From an uncultured bacterium (GTDB lineage Bacteria > Chloroflexota > UBA5177 > JANWHV01), in contig CAWHAE010000016.1 of assembly GCA_963827235.1 (NCBI GenBank), forward strand, positions 672,001 through 736,000: 64,000 bases of DNA, given 5' to 3'. The position numbers and the translations under genes are program-made. Shown one piece after another: positions 21,133 to 32,111 of the stretch (its first letter is position 1; each line of letters opens with the position of its first letter). The notes under the pieces were generated by a model. It ran no database searches, had not been told where the DNA came from, and was given only the letters and a program-made list of their open reading frames with translations.

Positions 21133-21612
21133 ATGTCTCTTGGCTATCTGACCCACGTCCTGATCGCCACGGACGGCTCCGAGCAATCAGTCGAAGCCGC
21201 CCGCTTTCTGCGCACGCTGGCGGCACCGCGATCGTTAGGGCGGATCACGGTCCTTGCCGTCGTGCGCTCGCTGACAAGCACGCCATTCTTTGCCGAAGCC
21301 GAGGCGCTCGGTCTTTACCCGGGCGAGGCGCTGGAGGAGCTCGAAGGATCGGCCACCTCGGCTGCCGAAGCGGCGGCCCAGCGCGTGCTGGAAGAGGTTG
21401 CCGACCTGGCACATGAGTCGCAGTCTATGATCCGGCGGGGCTCCGCGGCCGAGGAGATCGTGCGCGCAGCGGAGGAGCTGCGGGTAAACTTGATCGTGAT
21501 CGGCAGTCGAGGCTGGGGCGCCGTGCGTTCGGTCTTCCTCGGCAGCGTCTCCGAGCGGGTACTGCACTCAGCGTATTGCCCGGTGCTGGTGGTGCGTCCG
21601 CCGCGACCGTGA
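21133..21612 (+). CDS. Universal stress protein (UspA family)
   Basis: VLIATDGSEQS, IVIGSRG, FLGSVSERVLH, PVLVVR; RBS GGAGGA. Confidence 0.93.
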   Translation: MSLGYLTHVLIATDGSEQSVEAARFLRTLAAPRSLGRITVLAVVRSLTSTPFFAEAEALGLYPGEALEELEGSATSAAEAAAQRVLEEVADLAHESQSMIRRGSAAEEIVRAAEELRVNLIVIGSRGWGAVRSVFLGSVSERVLHSAYCPVLVVRPPRP

Positions 21613-21701
21613 TGGGGCACGACGGGACGAGCGAATCCGGACATGGGTCGCGTCGACCATGGAGATAGGAGCGTGGCGGCTGCCATGCGAGGTGCTGAGC
21701 C

Positions 21702-22382
21702 GTGTGGGATAGCCAAGGAGTAGCGTATCTCGCGGCTATCCCGTTCTTCACCGGCCTTCCTTCCGAGGAGCTGGAAGCGCTCCAGACCAGGTGTCACCCG
21801 CGCACGCTCGATCAGGGAGAATCGATTCTGCTCGAAGGCGAGCCCGCCGACGGGCTGTATTTCGTGCGCCGCGGAGCAGTCCGCATCTACAAGAGCTCGC
21901 CGGAGGGCAGGGTGCAGGTTCTCATCGTGTTGGGACCGGGTCAGTCGTTCAACGACGTACCGATCTTCGACGGAGGGCCCAATCCGGCCAGCGCCGATTC
22001 GGCCGAATCGGCCACGGAGGTCATCGTGATTCCGGCGGAGCTCATCAGGCGCCTCATCGCGACCAGCCCAATCGTGGCGGCGAATGTGGTTCGCATTCTT
22101 GCTACCAGGCTGCGGCACCTGACGCTGCTGGTAGAGGATCTTTCCCTGCGGCACATCATCCCGAGGGTGGGCAGGCTCCTGCTGGAAGCCTCGTCAATGG
22201 GTGAAACGACGGTGGAGATGACTCAGCAGGAGATGGCCACGCGCGTGGGAACGGCGCGCGAGGTAGTCAGCCGCGCACTTCGCGAGCTGGAGCGCCAGGG
22301 AGCGATTAGCCGGCGCGGTCGGCGCGGCGTCGCCGTGAATGCCCGGCGCCTCGGAACGCTGCTCGCACAACCCGCCGAGTGA
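21702..22382 (+). CDS. Crp/Fnr family transcriptional regulator
   Basis: cNMP-binding domain (EGEPADGLYFV...G) and HTH MTQQEMATRVGTAREVVSRAL; no FNR-type Cys cluster. Confidence 0.92.
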   Translation: MWDSQGVAYLAAIPFFTGLPSEELEALQTRCHPRTLDQGESILLEGEPADGLYFVRRGAVRIYKSSPEGRVQVLIVLGPGQSFNDVPIFDGGPNPASADSAESATEVIVIPAELIRRLIATSPIVAANVVRILATRLRHLTLLVEDLSLRHIIPRVGRLLLEASSMGETTVEMTQQEMATRVGTAREVVSRALRELERQGAISRRGRRGVAVNARRLGTLLAQPAE

Positions 22383-22748
22383 AGGCACCGGCGATTCACC
22401 GGGCCAGCCGCAATTGCGGTACATTGAGGGCATGATCCGTTTCGCACGCCCCTGGCGCTCGTGCAGCCAGCCGGTATCGGCGCCGCGACCGTAGTAAAGC
22501 ACCGGGCATTGCGGGTGGCAGCACATTGGCGGTGAGCAGAGCCGGTACGACGGCAGTGCACGAACCGGGCTCGCGCGTCCCGCGTGGTAGCACCAAGCTT
22601 TCCCTTCGACCCCGCATACTGCGCGGCCGCGAGGCAAGCAGCAGATCCGGATGGTCTGAGTCCTGCGGCAGGCGGCGAGCTGGCGACCAGCTTGAAGGGC
22701 AATGAAGTGGGCCCGGTAGCCACGCAGCTTCAGAACTTCGCCTCCGCC

Positions 22749-24526
22749 ATGCGCATATACACGCGTATCGTCGAGCTCCTGCGCCCGTACAGGGCCATGA
22801 CCACCCTGATGATTGCCTGTGTCGTGCTCTCGACGGGTTTCGGCCTGGTGCTCCCGTGGCTGCTTGCCTGGGTCGTCGACGTCGGAGTGCGCCACGGCAA
22901 CGGCGGCGAGCTGGCCGTGGCGGCCCTCGCGATCCTCGTCACCAGCACGCTGCGGGGAGTCTTTGCCTACGGCCAGGGCTACTACTCACAGGCGGTCTCG
23001 CAATGGATTTCCTACGACCTGCGCAACCGCATCTACAGCCATCTCCAGCAGCTCAGCTTCTCGTACCACGACGAGTCCGAGACGGGCCAGCTCATGTCGC
23101 GCATGACGGTCGACATCGAGGCGGTCCGCAATTTCGTCGTCCTGGGCCTCACGCGCGCGGTGCTCGCGGTGGTGACCTTCTGCACGGTCTCGGTCATACT
23201 GCTGCGCCTGGACTGGCTGCTGGCCCTCGTCACGCTGGCCTGCGTGCCTATCCTCGCTTTCCTTTCGATCTCCGTGGCGCGAAGACTGCATCCGCTCTGG
23301 ACCTCCGTCCAGCAGGAGACCGGCGCCTTGGGCACCGTCATGCAGGAGAGCCTCTCCGGCGTGCGCGTCGTCAAGGCATTCGCCCGCGAGCAATTCGAGA
23401 TCGAGCGATTTGACGCCAAGAACCGGGAGGTGCGCGCGCTCAGCCTGGAAGCGATGCGTGTCTCGGCCTGGAACCAGCCACTGATGGTATTCGTGCTCAA
23501 TGTGATCACCGTGATCGTGGTCTGGCTGGGCGGCGTCGCCGTGATCGGACATCACCTCAGCCTCGGCACCCTGGTTGCCATCACGCAGTACGTGCTGCTG
23601 CTCGGCACTCCGGTGCGGACGTTCGGCTTCATGATGAACTGGTTCGCCCGCGGACTCTCCAGCGGAGAGCGGTTGTTTGAAGTTCTCGATACCGTGCCGG
23701 CCATTGCCGACAAGCCTGCCGCCCGAGTCTGCGCAACGTGGGCGGCCACGTGCGGTTCGAGGACGTCTCGTTCGCCTATGGCGAGAGAACGCCGGTGCTG
23801 CAGCACGTAAACATCGATGCACCGCCGGGCGCAATGGTCGCCCTGCTTGGCGCCACCGGAAGCGGCAAGAGCACGATCCTGCATTTGCTGCCTCGCTTCT
23901 ACGACGTGACCTCGGGCCGCATCACGATCGATGGGCAGGACGTTCGGGATGTCACCCTGGCGTCGCTGCGGCGCACGATCGGTCTGGTGCTGCAGGACGT
24001 CTTTCTCTTTAACGCCACCCTGTGGGAGAACATCGCCTTCGGAGTCGACCACGCCACCGACGAGCAGGTCCGTGCTGCCGCGCGGGCCGCACGCGTGGAC
24101 GAGTTCGTGCAGAATCTGCCCGACGGCTACGACACGATCGTCGGCGAGCGCGGCGTCACGCTGTCGGGAGGCCAGAAGCAGCGCGTAGCCATCGCGCGCA
24201 CACTGCTGCGCGATCCGCGCATTCTCGTGCTCGACGACGCAACGTCCAGCGTCGACATGGAAACCGAGTTCCTGATTCAGCAAGCACTGGAAGTGCTCAT
24301 GCGCGGGCGCACGACATTTGTCGTCGCCTCTCGGTTGCGCACCGTGAAGAGCGCGGATCAGATCATGGTGCTGGACGACGGGCAGATCGCGGAGCGCGGC
24401 ACGCACGAGAGCCTGCTCGCTCGAGGCGGACTGTACTCCCGCCTCTATGACGTGCAACTACGCGAGCAGGAGGATTTCGAGGTTAAGACACTGGCCAGGC
24501 GCGACGCGAGAGGCAAGACGGGATGA
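22749..24526 (+). CDS. Heterodimeric ABC exporter subunit A (TMD+NBD), frameshift near 23730
   Basis: TMD in ORF 22584..23810, NBD in ORF 23738..24526 (GATGSGKS, LSGGQ, LVLDD). Confidence 0.88.
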
Positions 24527-26350
24527 ACGTCGAATCCGCTCTCGAGCGCCGCCGGACAATCGGCCGCTACAACGTGCTGGCTCATCTGGACGAGGAGGAA
24601 TCCGGCAGGCTCAGCTGGAGTCTTGTGCGAGGCTTCGGCAAGTATGCCAGTCCCTACAAGGCGGCCGCACTGGTCAGCGCCCTGCTGATGCTCGTCTACA
24701 CAATTGCCAACCTGGCCAACCCGTATCTGATTGGTCTGGCCATAGACAACTACATCAATCGAGGCAACCTCGGCGGACTCGGCGTCATGTGCGGCGCGCT
24801 GCTCGCGGTCAGCGTCGTGCAGTGGCTCGCGCAGTTCTGGCAAGTATGGACGATGTCGTGGGCCGGCCAGGGAATGCTGTACAGCCTCAGCGCGGAGATG
24901 TTCGCCCACCTGCAGCGACTGTCCTTGAGCTTCTACGACAGGACCGAGGTGGGCCGCGTTATGTCGAGACTGCAGAGCGACATCGCGGTGTTGGAGACGA
25001 TGCTGAGCTCGGGCCTGCTTTCCATCCTGGGCTCACTGATAGCCCTGGTGGGCATCGTCGGCCATCATGATCAGCATGAGCCCGCTGTTAGCCTTGCTCA
25101 GCTTCTCCGTGCTTCCGGTGATGTTTGCCATCGCCGCCTTCTGGCAGCGCCACGCTCAGCGGTCGTTCCGGCGGACACGCGCGGCGATCTCTCTGGTCAA
25201 CTCCACGCTGCAGGAGAACATCTCCGGCATGCGAGTGATCCAGAGCATGGCCCGCGAGAAGAGCAATCGGGAAGAGTTCGACGACCTCAACAGGTACAAC
25301 CTCGACACCAATCTGGAAGCGAGCCGGATATCGGCCTTGATTCTGCCTCTTGTGGAGGTGGTCGCAGCGGTCGCCATCGCGCTCGTGGTGGTATACGGCG
25401 GAATTCTGGTCTCACAGGGGCGTTTGGAGGTCGGCATCCTCGTCGCCTTCACGCTGTACATCAATCGCTTCTTCGATCCGATTCGCGACTTGAGCCAGCA
25501 ATACACGCAGCTCCAGCGCTCTGGTGTGGCGCTCGAGCGTATCAACCAGATCATGGACATAGCCGTCGAAGTAACCGATAAGCCGAGTGCCGCCGTGTTG
25601 CCCAACGTCACGGGCACCGTCGAGTTCCGCCACGTCGCCTTTGGCTACGAGCCCGACGTACCGGTGCTGAGGGACTTCGATCTTCGCATCGATGCCGGTC
25701 AAACCGTGGCGATCGTGGGTCCAACCGGCGCCGGCAAGAGCACGATCGCCGGGCTGCTGCAGCGCTTCTACGACGTTCAGGGCGGCCAGGTGCTGATCGA
25801 CGGCATCGACGTGCGGGACGTTACACAGAACTCGCTCCGCAGGCAGATCGGCATGGTGTTGCAGGAGCCGTTCCTGTTCTTCGGCAGCATTCGCGACAAC
25901 ATCCGCTATGGGCGCCTGGAGGCGTCCGACGCCGAGGTGGAAGAGGCCGCGCGCGCGGTGGGTGCCCACGACCTCATACTGCACTTGCCCTCGGGGTACG
26001 ATACGCAGATACGCGAGCGCGGCCAGAACCTGAGCGTGGGGCAACGCCAGCTCATCTCCTTCGCGCGGGCGCTGCTCGCCGATCCGCGAGTGCTGATCCT
26101 CGACGAGGCAACCGCCAACATCGATACTCTCACCGAGCTGCTGGTCCAGCAGGGTCTGCGCCGGCTGCTGCACGGGCGCACAGCCCTGGTCATCGCCCAC
26201 AGACTCTCGACCGTCAAGCACTCCGACCTGATCGTCGTCCTGCAGGCAGGAAGCATCGTCGAGAAAGGCACGCACGGCGAGCTGCTTGCCAGGGGTGGCC
26301 CCTACGCATCGCTCTACGCCATGGGCTTCCGCCACGCGTCGTTGGCATGA
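24523..26350 (+). CDS. Heterodimeric ABC exporter subunit B (TMD+NBD), frameshift near 25061
   Basis: TMD start in ORF 24523..25581 continues in ORF 25067..26350 (GPTGAGKS, LSVGQ, LILDE, IAHRL). Confidence 0.88.
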
Positions 26351-26401
26351 CCGTTGAGCCAATCGGCTACCTCCGGCGTACTATTTGGGGAGGTAGATCG
26401 C

Positions 26402-27286
26402 ATGGCAGCATCAACAGTAGCCGGGCAAGCGACCGGTTCCGTCTTGCTCGATATCGGGGACGGAGTAGGGGCGCTGGTCGTACTCGCCGGCGCCGCCCTG
26501 GAAGGACGAGAGATCGAAGTCAGCCCGGAGGATAACGCCGCGCGCCGCACGCACACGGAAGTTCTTCGGCGTGTGCTCGGACGCGAGACGATGTTCGCCG
26601 CCGTGTTCGCCGGTTTGGCGGCAGGCAGCTACAGCCTCTGGCGCGACGTGCTGACCGACGTGCCGGTGCGGATTCGGGAGGCCGAGGTCACGGAAGTGGA
26701 CTGGCGATCGGTGACGGAGTTCGACGACTTCCGGCTCGCCCTGGCCGAAGCCACCACGGCGCGGCGAGCCGTGCCGGACGGCGCATCGCGCCATCTGCCC
26801 GCTCGCTATCGAACAGACCAGCCGGTATGCGCGCAGCCGATGGGATCGGCTCCCATGTTGTTTGGCGACGGCGGACATGTGGCCTGGGATCAGATGTGGA
26901 CGACATACTGCGACCTGGCGCTGGCCGGCGGCCCGAGCCACAGGCAGAAGATACTCGACGCGCCCGATCCTGTCCATCTCGACCCCGAGAGCCCGGAGTA
27001 CCTGTCAGCCGTTGCCGAGATCGAGCGCGGCTTCAGACTGGTGACAGGCATGGCCACGGCTCGCAGCGGACGCCCGGGCTGGGTCGGACTCTGTTGCGCA
27101 AGTGAGATGATGGCCAGATGGATGGTCAGCGCCATCGCAGCGGAGAACGTCGCCGTGCGCCGCGAAGGAGCAACGATCTTCTTGCCGGCATCGGGCAGCT
27201 TCAGCCTGGAGAAGGAGATCAAGAACGTCGTCACGGTGGTGGCAAAGACGCACCATTATTGGAGCGAGCATAGCGCAGAGAGCTGA
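26402..27286 (+). CDS. Two-domain hypothetical protein
   Basis: RBS GGGAGG before ATG 26402; N-domain LDIGDGVGALVV...EVTEVDW, C-domain PMGSA...CDLALAGGP...KTHHYWSEH. Confidence 0.75.
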   Translation: MAASTVAGQATGSVLLDIGDGVGALVVLAGAALEGREIEVSPEDNAARRTHTEVLRRVLGRETMFAAVFAGLAAGSYSLWRDVLTDVPVRIREAEVTEVDWRSVTEFDDFRLALAEATTARRAVPDGASRHLPARYRTDQPVCAQPMGSAPMLFGDGGHVAWDQMWTTYCDLALAGGPSHRQKILDAPDPVHLDPESPEYLSAVAEIERGFRLVTGMATARSGRPGWVGLCCASEMMARWMVSAIAAENVAVRREGATIFLPASGSFSLEKEIKNVVTVVAKTHHYWSEHSAES

Positions 27287-27301
27287 GCAATTCACTGCGG
27301 T

Positions 27302-27330
27302 TTGTAATAATTGTTTCTGACAAGTATACT
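27302..27330 (+). promoter_or_regulatory. Sigma70-type promoter of MFS gene
   Basis: TTGTAA-17 bp-TATACT in an AT-rich patch; TTGT-N5-ACAA dyad in the spacer. Confidence 0.6.
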
Positions 27331-27393
27331 GGAGGTGAATTGAACCTCTGCCGACCGGACTTCCAGAGTTAGCTGCTATCCACCGGAACGATA

Positions 27394-29214
27394 ATGGACA
27401 GTACGTTGCCCTCACCAGCGCATTCCGGCACGGAACGGGTCACCGCCATGTCCGACGAGCAGATCCGTCCCGCCTTGGGTAGAGCGACGAGGGCCGGCGC
27501 CCACCCTGACCACTACAAGTGGATAGTGCTGTCAAACACGACCGTCGGCACGCTCGTCGCCACGATTAACAGCAGTATCCTGCTGATTTCGCTGCCGGCA
27601 ATATTCCGGGGCATCGCGATCAATCCACTGGCGCCGGGCAACTCGGGCTTCCTGCTCTGGATCCTCATGGGCTACATGGTGGTCACCGCTACGCTGCTGG
27701 TGACCTTCGGGCGCATCTCCGACATGCTCGGCCGCGTGAAGCTCTACAACCTGGGATTCGCCATATTTACCTTTGGCTCCCTGCTGCTGGCGCTGACGCC
27801 CGGCATGGGCTCGCAAGCGGCCACGGAGATCCTGATCTTTCGCTTCGTGCAGGGGATAGGAGGGGCGTTTCTGTTTGCGAACAGCGCCGCCCTGCTCACC
27901 GATGCCTTCCCTCCGCACCAGCGGGGTCTTGCCATGGGCATCAATCAGATTGCGGCAATCGCCGGATCTCTGGGTGGGCTACTCCTCGGTGGCTGGCTCT
28001 CGGCCGTGGACTGGCGACTCATCTTCTTGGTCAACGTTCCCTTCGGTCTCGTCGGCACCCTGTGGGGCTACGCCAAGCTACATGAGACAACCAGACCGCG
28101 CTCGGGCCAGAAGCTGGACCTGGCGGGTAACGTCACCTTTGGCGTTGGGCTCACCATCCTGCTCGTCGGACTCACCTACGGCATCGAACCGTATGGAAGC
28201 AGCGCCATGGGCTGGACCAACCCACAGGTGCTGATCTGTATCGCGGCCGGCATGATTCTGCTCGGAGCCTTCGTGCCCATCGAGCTGACCGCACGGGAGC
28301 CGCTCTTTGACCTGCAGCTGTTCAAAGTCCGCATGTTCGCGGCAGGAAACTTGAGCGGCTTCCTCAGCGCCCTTTCTCGCGGCGGTCTGCAGTTCATGCT
28401 GATCATCTGGTTGCAAGGCATCTGGCTGCCCATGCACGGGTTTTCCTTCGAGGAGACGCCTCTGTGGGCCGGCATCTATACGATGCCCATGCTGATCGGG
28501 TTCATAGTCTGCGGACCGGTGTCCGGATGGTTGTCGGACAAATACGGCTCGCGCGCCTTCGCCACCCTCGGCATGGGAATCTCAGCGATCGGCTTCGTAC
28601 TGCTGACCTTGCTGCCGGGCGACTTCAACCGTTGGGTGTTCTTCGCCCTGCTCCTGTTCATGGGCGCCGGCATGGGTCTGTTCGCCGCGCCAAATACGAC
28701 GAGCATCATGAACTCGGTACCGCCTGAGTCTCGCGGCGTGGCATCCGGCATGCGCGGCACGTTCCTCAACGCCGGATCGATGGTCAGCATGGCATTCTTC
28801 TTCTCGATATTGACGGCCGGCCTGGCTTCCTCGCTGCCGAACGTGATGTACAGCGGCCTGGTGCAACAGGGCCTCCCCTCCGCGCTGTCTCACCGCATCG
28901 CCAATCTGCCACCAATAAGCGTGCTGTTCGCGGCCTTCCTCGGCGTTAACCCCATGCAGTCGCTGATACCAGCCTCGACCGCTGCACACCTCACTGCTCA
29001 GACACGGGCCACGCTGTTTGGCCACAGCTTCTTCCCGCACCTGATCCTGCCCGCGTTCATGGACGGTCTGCGCATCGCCTTCTACCTCTCGGCGTTCCTC
29101 TCGCTCGTCGCCGCCGTAGCCTCGTTGCTGCGGGGCAGGCACTACGTGCACGGTGTGAGCGACGTCTCCGAGGTCGCCCGGGAGCAGAATCAGGCCGCCT
29201 CGCGCGCCTCGTGA
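27394..29214 (+). CDS. MFS efflux transporter (DHA2-like)
   Basis: [11 protein letters not shown] motif A, many TM helices, [10 protein letters not shown]; start may be 27448. Confidence 0.92.
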   Translation: MDSTLPSPAHSGTERVTAMSDEQIRPALGRATRAGAHPDHYKWIVLSNTTVGTLVATINSSILLISLPAIFRGIAINPLAPGNSGFLLWILMGYMVVTATLLVTFGRISDMLGRVKLYNLGFAIFTFGSLLLALTPGMGSQAATEILIFRFVQGIGGAFLFANSAALLTDAFPPHQRGLAMGINQIAAIAGSLGGLLLGGWLSAVDWRLIFLVNVPFGLVGTLWGYAKLHETTRPRSGQKLDLAGNVTFGVGLTILLVGLTYGIEPYGSSAMGWTNPQVLICIAAGMILLGAFVPIELTAREPLFDLQLFKVRMFAAGNLSGFLSALSRGGLQFMLIIWLQGIWLPMHGFSFEETPLWAGIYTMPMLIGFIVCGPVSGWLSDKYGSRAFATLGMGISAIGFVLLTLLPGDFNRWVFFALLLFMGAGMGLFAAPNTTSIMNSVPPESRGVASGMRGTFLNAGSMVSMAFFFSILTAGLASSLPNVMYSGLVQQGLPSALSHRIANLPPISVLFAAFLGVNPMQSLIPASTAAHLTAQTRATLFGHSFFPHLILPAFMDGLRIAFYLSAFLSLVAAVASLLRGRHYVHGVSDVSEVAREQNQAASRAS

Positions 29215-29564
29215 GCCTGCCCGTCGCCTGAGCCAGCCAGGTACTTGGCCTGATCCCCCCAGCTATCTGATCGCCGTCGACAATACACCCTCACCCGGCA
29301 TCATCTCTGGCGAAGTTGCCGGCCGAATTATCGTGGCAACCGCGCACCACCCGCGCGCCACGATCGGGACCGCTGATACCAAAGCGCTCGCCCAAGCCCG
29401 CAGCGGACACGCCGCGGTCCTGGATGACGCTTCTGGCGACAAGCACGCGAAACGGCCCGGAATGCCCAGCGCCCACGGGGCACTCCGGTCAGCGCAACGC
29501 GCGAGGACGCTCACTCCACCCGTCCCGTGCCTGCGTCATCTTGTACGCGCCCCGCGCTGCTCAC

Positions 29565-29867
29565 CTAGCGGGGAACTGCCGCGCCATCTTCCGCGCCGCC
29601 CGGCGTGTTCGGGTGGTGCATCTCCTGGTACGGGCACGTTTCCACGCAGCACTCGCACCCATCGCAGTCCAAGACGTCCTGGTTGGACTCGGCCACGGCG
29701 CTGAAGTAAGCCTGCATATCGCTCCTCTCGGGCAGCATGGTCGCCAGTTCCCGAGCCGCGCCGATCAGGGCACGCCGCTGCGGTTCATCCTCGCCATCCG
29801 GCGCAACCGCCAGGTCGATCAGGTCCTCCTCATAGCGTCTCATCAGTCTGGCAAGTCGCATGTCCAT
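29565..29867 (-). CDS. Small acidic hypothetical protein with CxxCxxCxxxCP motif
   Basis: RBS AAGGAG; CDGCECCVETCP. Confidence 0.7.
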   Translation of the reverse strand: MDMRLARLMRRYEEDLIDLAVAPDGEDEPQRRALIGAARELATMLPERSDMQAYFSAVAESNQDVLDCDGCECCVETCPYQEMHHPNTPGGAEDGAAVPR

Positions 29868-30187
29868 GGTGGTGCTCCTTCCATCTATGCTCTGGAAGAT
29901 ACGCGATCCGGCCGGTCAGCGGCGCCTTCCCGTGTGCTGGAGGAAGGAACGCACCGCTCGTACATTCCCGGGACGCTATCCAGTCACCGTCGCGGCGATT
30001 ACCGGACATCGCTGGCTGCAGCGACCGCGGGACCGGTGCCGGCGTACCGTGGCCTCGCCCCTGCGCCGTCAATCACCGGATGGTCGGGCCGACTCCAGTG
30101 GAGGCAGGGCGCCCGGATCAAGCGCCCTACGCCGGGCTTCCGGCCGGCGACCGCGTACCGGGACCTTCGCCGAGCTCCACGCCGGAC

Positions 30188-31633
30188 CTACTTGCCCGCC
30201 TTGCCTGCCGGCGGCCCGGCGGCGCCGGTGACCGCAGTAGAGGTGCGGCTGGGAGTGCTCGTCGGCGTGCTGGTCCGCGTCGCCGTTTTGGTCGGCGTAT
30301 TGGTCGGCGTGCTGGTCCGCGTCGCCGTTTTGGTCGGCGTATTGGTCGGCGTGCTGGTCCGCGTCGCCGTTTTGGTCGGCGTATTGGTCGGCGTGCTGGT
30401 TCGCGTCGCCGTTTTGGTCGACGTATTCGTCGGCGTGCTGGTCCGCGTCGCCGTACTCGTCGCCGTCTTGGTTGGCGTGTTGGTCGCCGTCTTGGTCGGC
30501 GTGTTTGTCGGCGTGCTGGTCCGCGTCGCCGTCTTGGTCGGCGTGTTTGTCGGCGTGCTGGTCCGCGTCGCCGTCGCGGTGGGCGTGCTCGTCATGGTGG
30601 AGGTGGGAATGGTGGTGCGCGTGGGGCTGCTGGTAGCCGTGCCCGTGGGCGCGGCCGTCGGCGTTGGAGTGCTACCGCTCGTGGAGACGTTCATGGTGTA
30701 GGCCTCGTCGGAGGCGTTGGCGACGTAGTTCCAGGATAGCTCCGCCCAGCCGTTGAGTCCCCACCAGGTACCCCAGGAATTCTCGATCCAGACGCCGGCC
30801 GCGTCGTACTTGGCCGCGAAGACCGCGTGGTAACCGAACAGGGTGCCACTGGTCGAGTCGGCGAGATAGTGCGAGGCCGTGGCATAGTAGAAGCTGGGAT
30901 AGACCGCTATCCCCAGAACGACCGGGCTGCCGGCCGCCATCGCAGTCTCGATTGCCTGCTGATCGGTGGCGAAGCTCGAGGTGCCGAGGTACAACGCGCT
31001 ATAGCCCTGTATCTTGTACTGGCTCGCGTTGGCGATTTCGGCGCTGGTCGGTTGGTCCGAATAGTCGAAATCGCCCTGCGTGTAATGCAGCCGGGTGTCT
31101 ATGCCCTGCTGGGTCAAGATCGAGAAATTGGCGCTGAAGGACGAGCCGTAGTCGGAGCCTCCGTCTACCTGGCTGTAGAGGTACATCGGCTCGAAGCCGG
31201 CAGGTGTCGCGGTGGGAAACCTGCCGCTCCTCTCCGCATACCAGCCGCGCAGGTAATAGCCGGTAGCCCACGAAGCGCAGGACCCCACGGAACCCTGGTT
31301 GCCCACCGGCGGAACATACTGCGAGAGGTCGACGCTGGCTGGGAGGCTCGCGCTTGCGGCGAGAGCGCGTTGCAGACGCATCGTATTGCGAGACGTGGTC
31401 GGTACCAGGCCGTTGGCGTTGATCACGTGAGGGCCGCCAGTCGAATCGCCCGCCGCCGAGCTGGTCGCCAGAGCGGCGGGCAGCATGGTTACCGCGGGAC
31501 GCACGGGCCGCGCCGACGCGTGCCGGGTGTCGGACGCCACGAGCATGCCGCACAGCAGCGCCGCCACGCTTGCGCGTCGGACCAGAGCGACCCAGGAGGC
31601 TCTGGACAAAGCTCGTCTCTCGTACGCGGCCAT
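30188..31633 (-). CDS. Secreted papain-family (C1) cysteine peptidase with Thr-rich tail
   Basis: Signal-like N-terminus, [32 protein letters not shown]; RBS GAGGAGG. Confidence 0.9.
   Translation of the reverse strand: MAAYERRALSRASWVALVRRASVAALLCGMLVASDTRHASARPVRPAVTMLPAALATSSAAGDSTGGPHVINANGLVPTTSRNTMRLQRALAASASLPASVDLSQYVPPVGNQGSVGSCASWATGYYLRGWYAERSGRFPTATPAGFEPMYLYSQVDGGSDYGSSFSANFSILTQQGIDTRLHYTQGDFDYSDQPTSAEIANASQYKIQGYSALYLGTSSFATDQQAIETAMAAGSPVVLGIAVYPSFYYATASHYLADSTSGTLFGYHAVFAAKYDAAGVWIENSWGTWWGLNGWAELSWNYVANASDEAYTMNVSTSGSTPTPTAAPTGTATSSPTRTTIPTSTMTSTPTATATRTSTPTNTPTKTATRTSTPTNTPTKTATNTPTKTATSTATRTSTPTNTSTKTATRTSTPTNTPTKTATRTSTPTNTPTKTATRTSTPTNTPTKTATRTSTPTSTPSRTSTAVTGAAGPPAGKAGK
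30261..30590 (-). repeat. Intragenic 42-bp tandem repeat (about 7 units, one irregular) encoding [14 protein letters not shown]
   Basis: Unit GTCGGCGTGCTGGTCCGCGTCGCCGTTTTGGTCGGCGTATTG starts at 30261, 30303 and 30345, with variants at 30387, 30429, 30507 and 30549. Confidence 0.95.
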
Positions 31634-31706
31634 CAGCCTACCTCCTCACGGATCAATCCGTCCCAAGTGCCCGCGAACCGGCCCGCGCCGGTACCCTGGA
31701 GAACGG

Positions 31707-31752
31707 AAAAGGCCGTGGGCATCGTCGCAACCGGATCTTGCCCACGGCCTTT
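31707..31752 (-). terminator. Intrinsic terminator in riboswitch leader
   Basis: AAAGGCCGTGGGCA / TGCCCACGGCCTTT 14-bp inverted repeat ending in TTTT on the minus strand. Confidence 0.8.
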
Positions 31753-31767
31753 ACCACGATTTCACGC

Positions 31768-31848
31768 CATTTCGGTAGCCGGGCTAACTCTGTGAGTCCC
31801 CAGGCTTTGCGTCCCCAGCTCGCGCTGGGTTTGCCCTTGTCGAGGATG
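31768..31848 (-). ncRNA. c-di-GMP-I (GEMM-I) riboswitch
   Basis: Minus strand reads ACAAGGGCAAACCCAGC-GCGA-GCTGGGGACGCAAAGCC...GGCTACCGAA, matching the GGCAAAC / GNRA loop / GACGCAAAG / GYUACCGA hallmarks. Confidence 0.9.
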
Positions 31849-32111
31849 AACCCGCTATTCACTTGTCTGCCGGACGGTTTGCTACGCGGCCAGCGTGCTC
31901 AGCCTACGACACTTCCTCCCGTCACACATCACCCGATCAGGTACCTGTGCCAAAGCGGTAGCCGGTAGACACCGCATACACACATTCGCGCGGAACCGCA
32001 GTATCCGGCTGGCTCCATGCTTCCCGGGGCCGTGCCGCGTCGCTCTGCCATTTTTGGCCTGTATCAGGCCATGACGTCGGTCCGCGTCCGACTGCCGGCC
32101 CGCGTCACGGA

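Noticed and set aside
22383-22748. Possible cobalamin riboswitch before the ABC genes
   Set aside because: No B12-box or GGGAA/GCCACTG core elements found
30261-30590. Possible CRISPR array
   Set aside because: Contiguous in-frame 42-bp units with no unique spacers, inside a CDS; no cas genes
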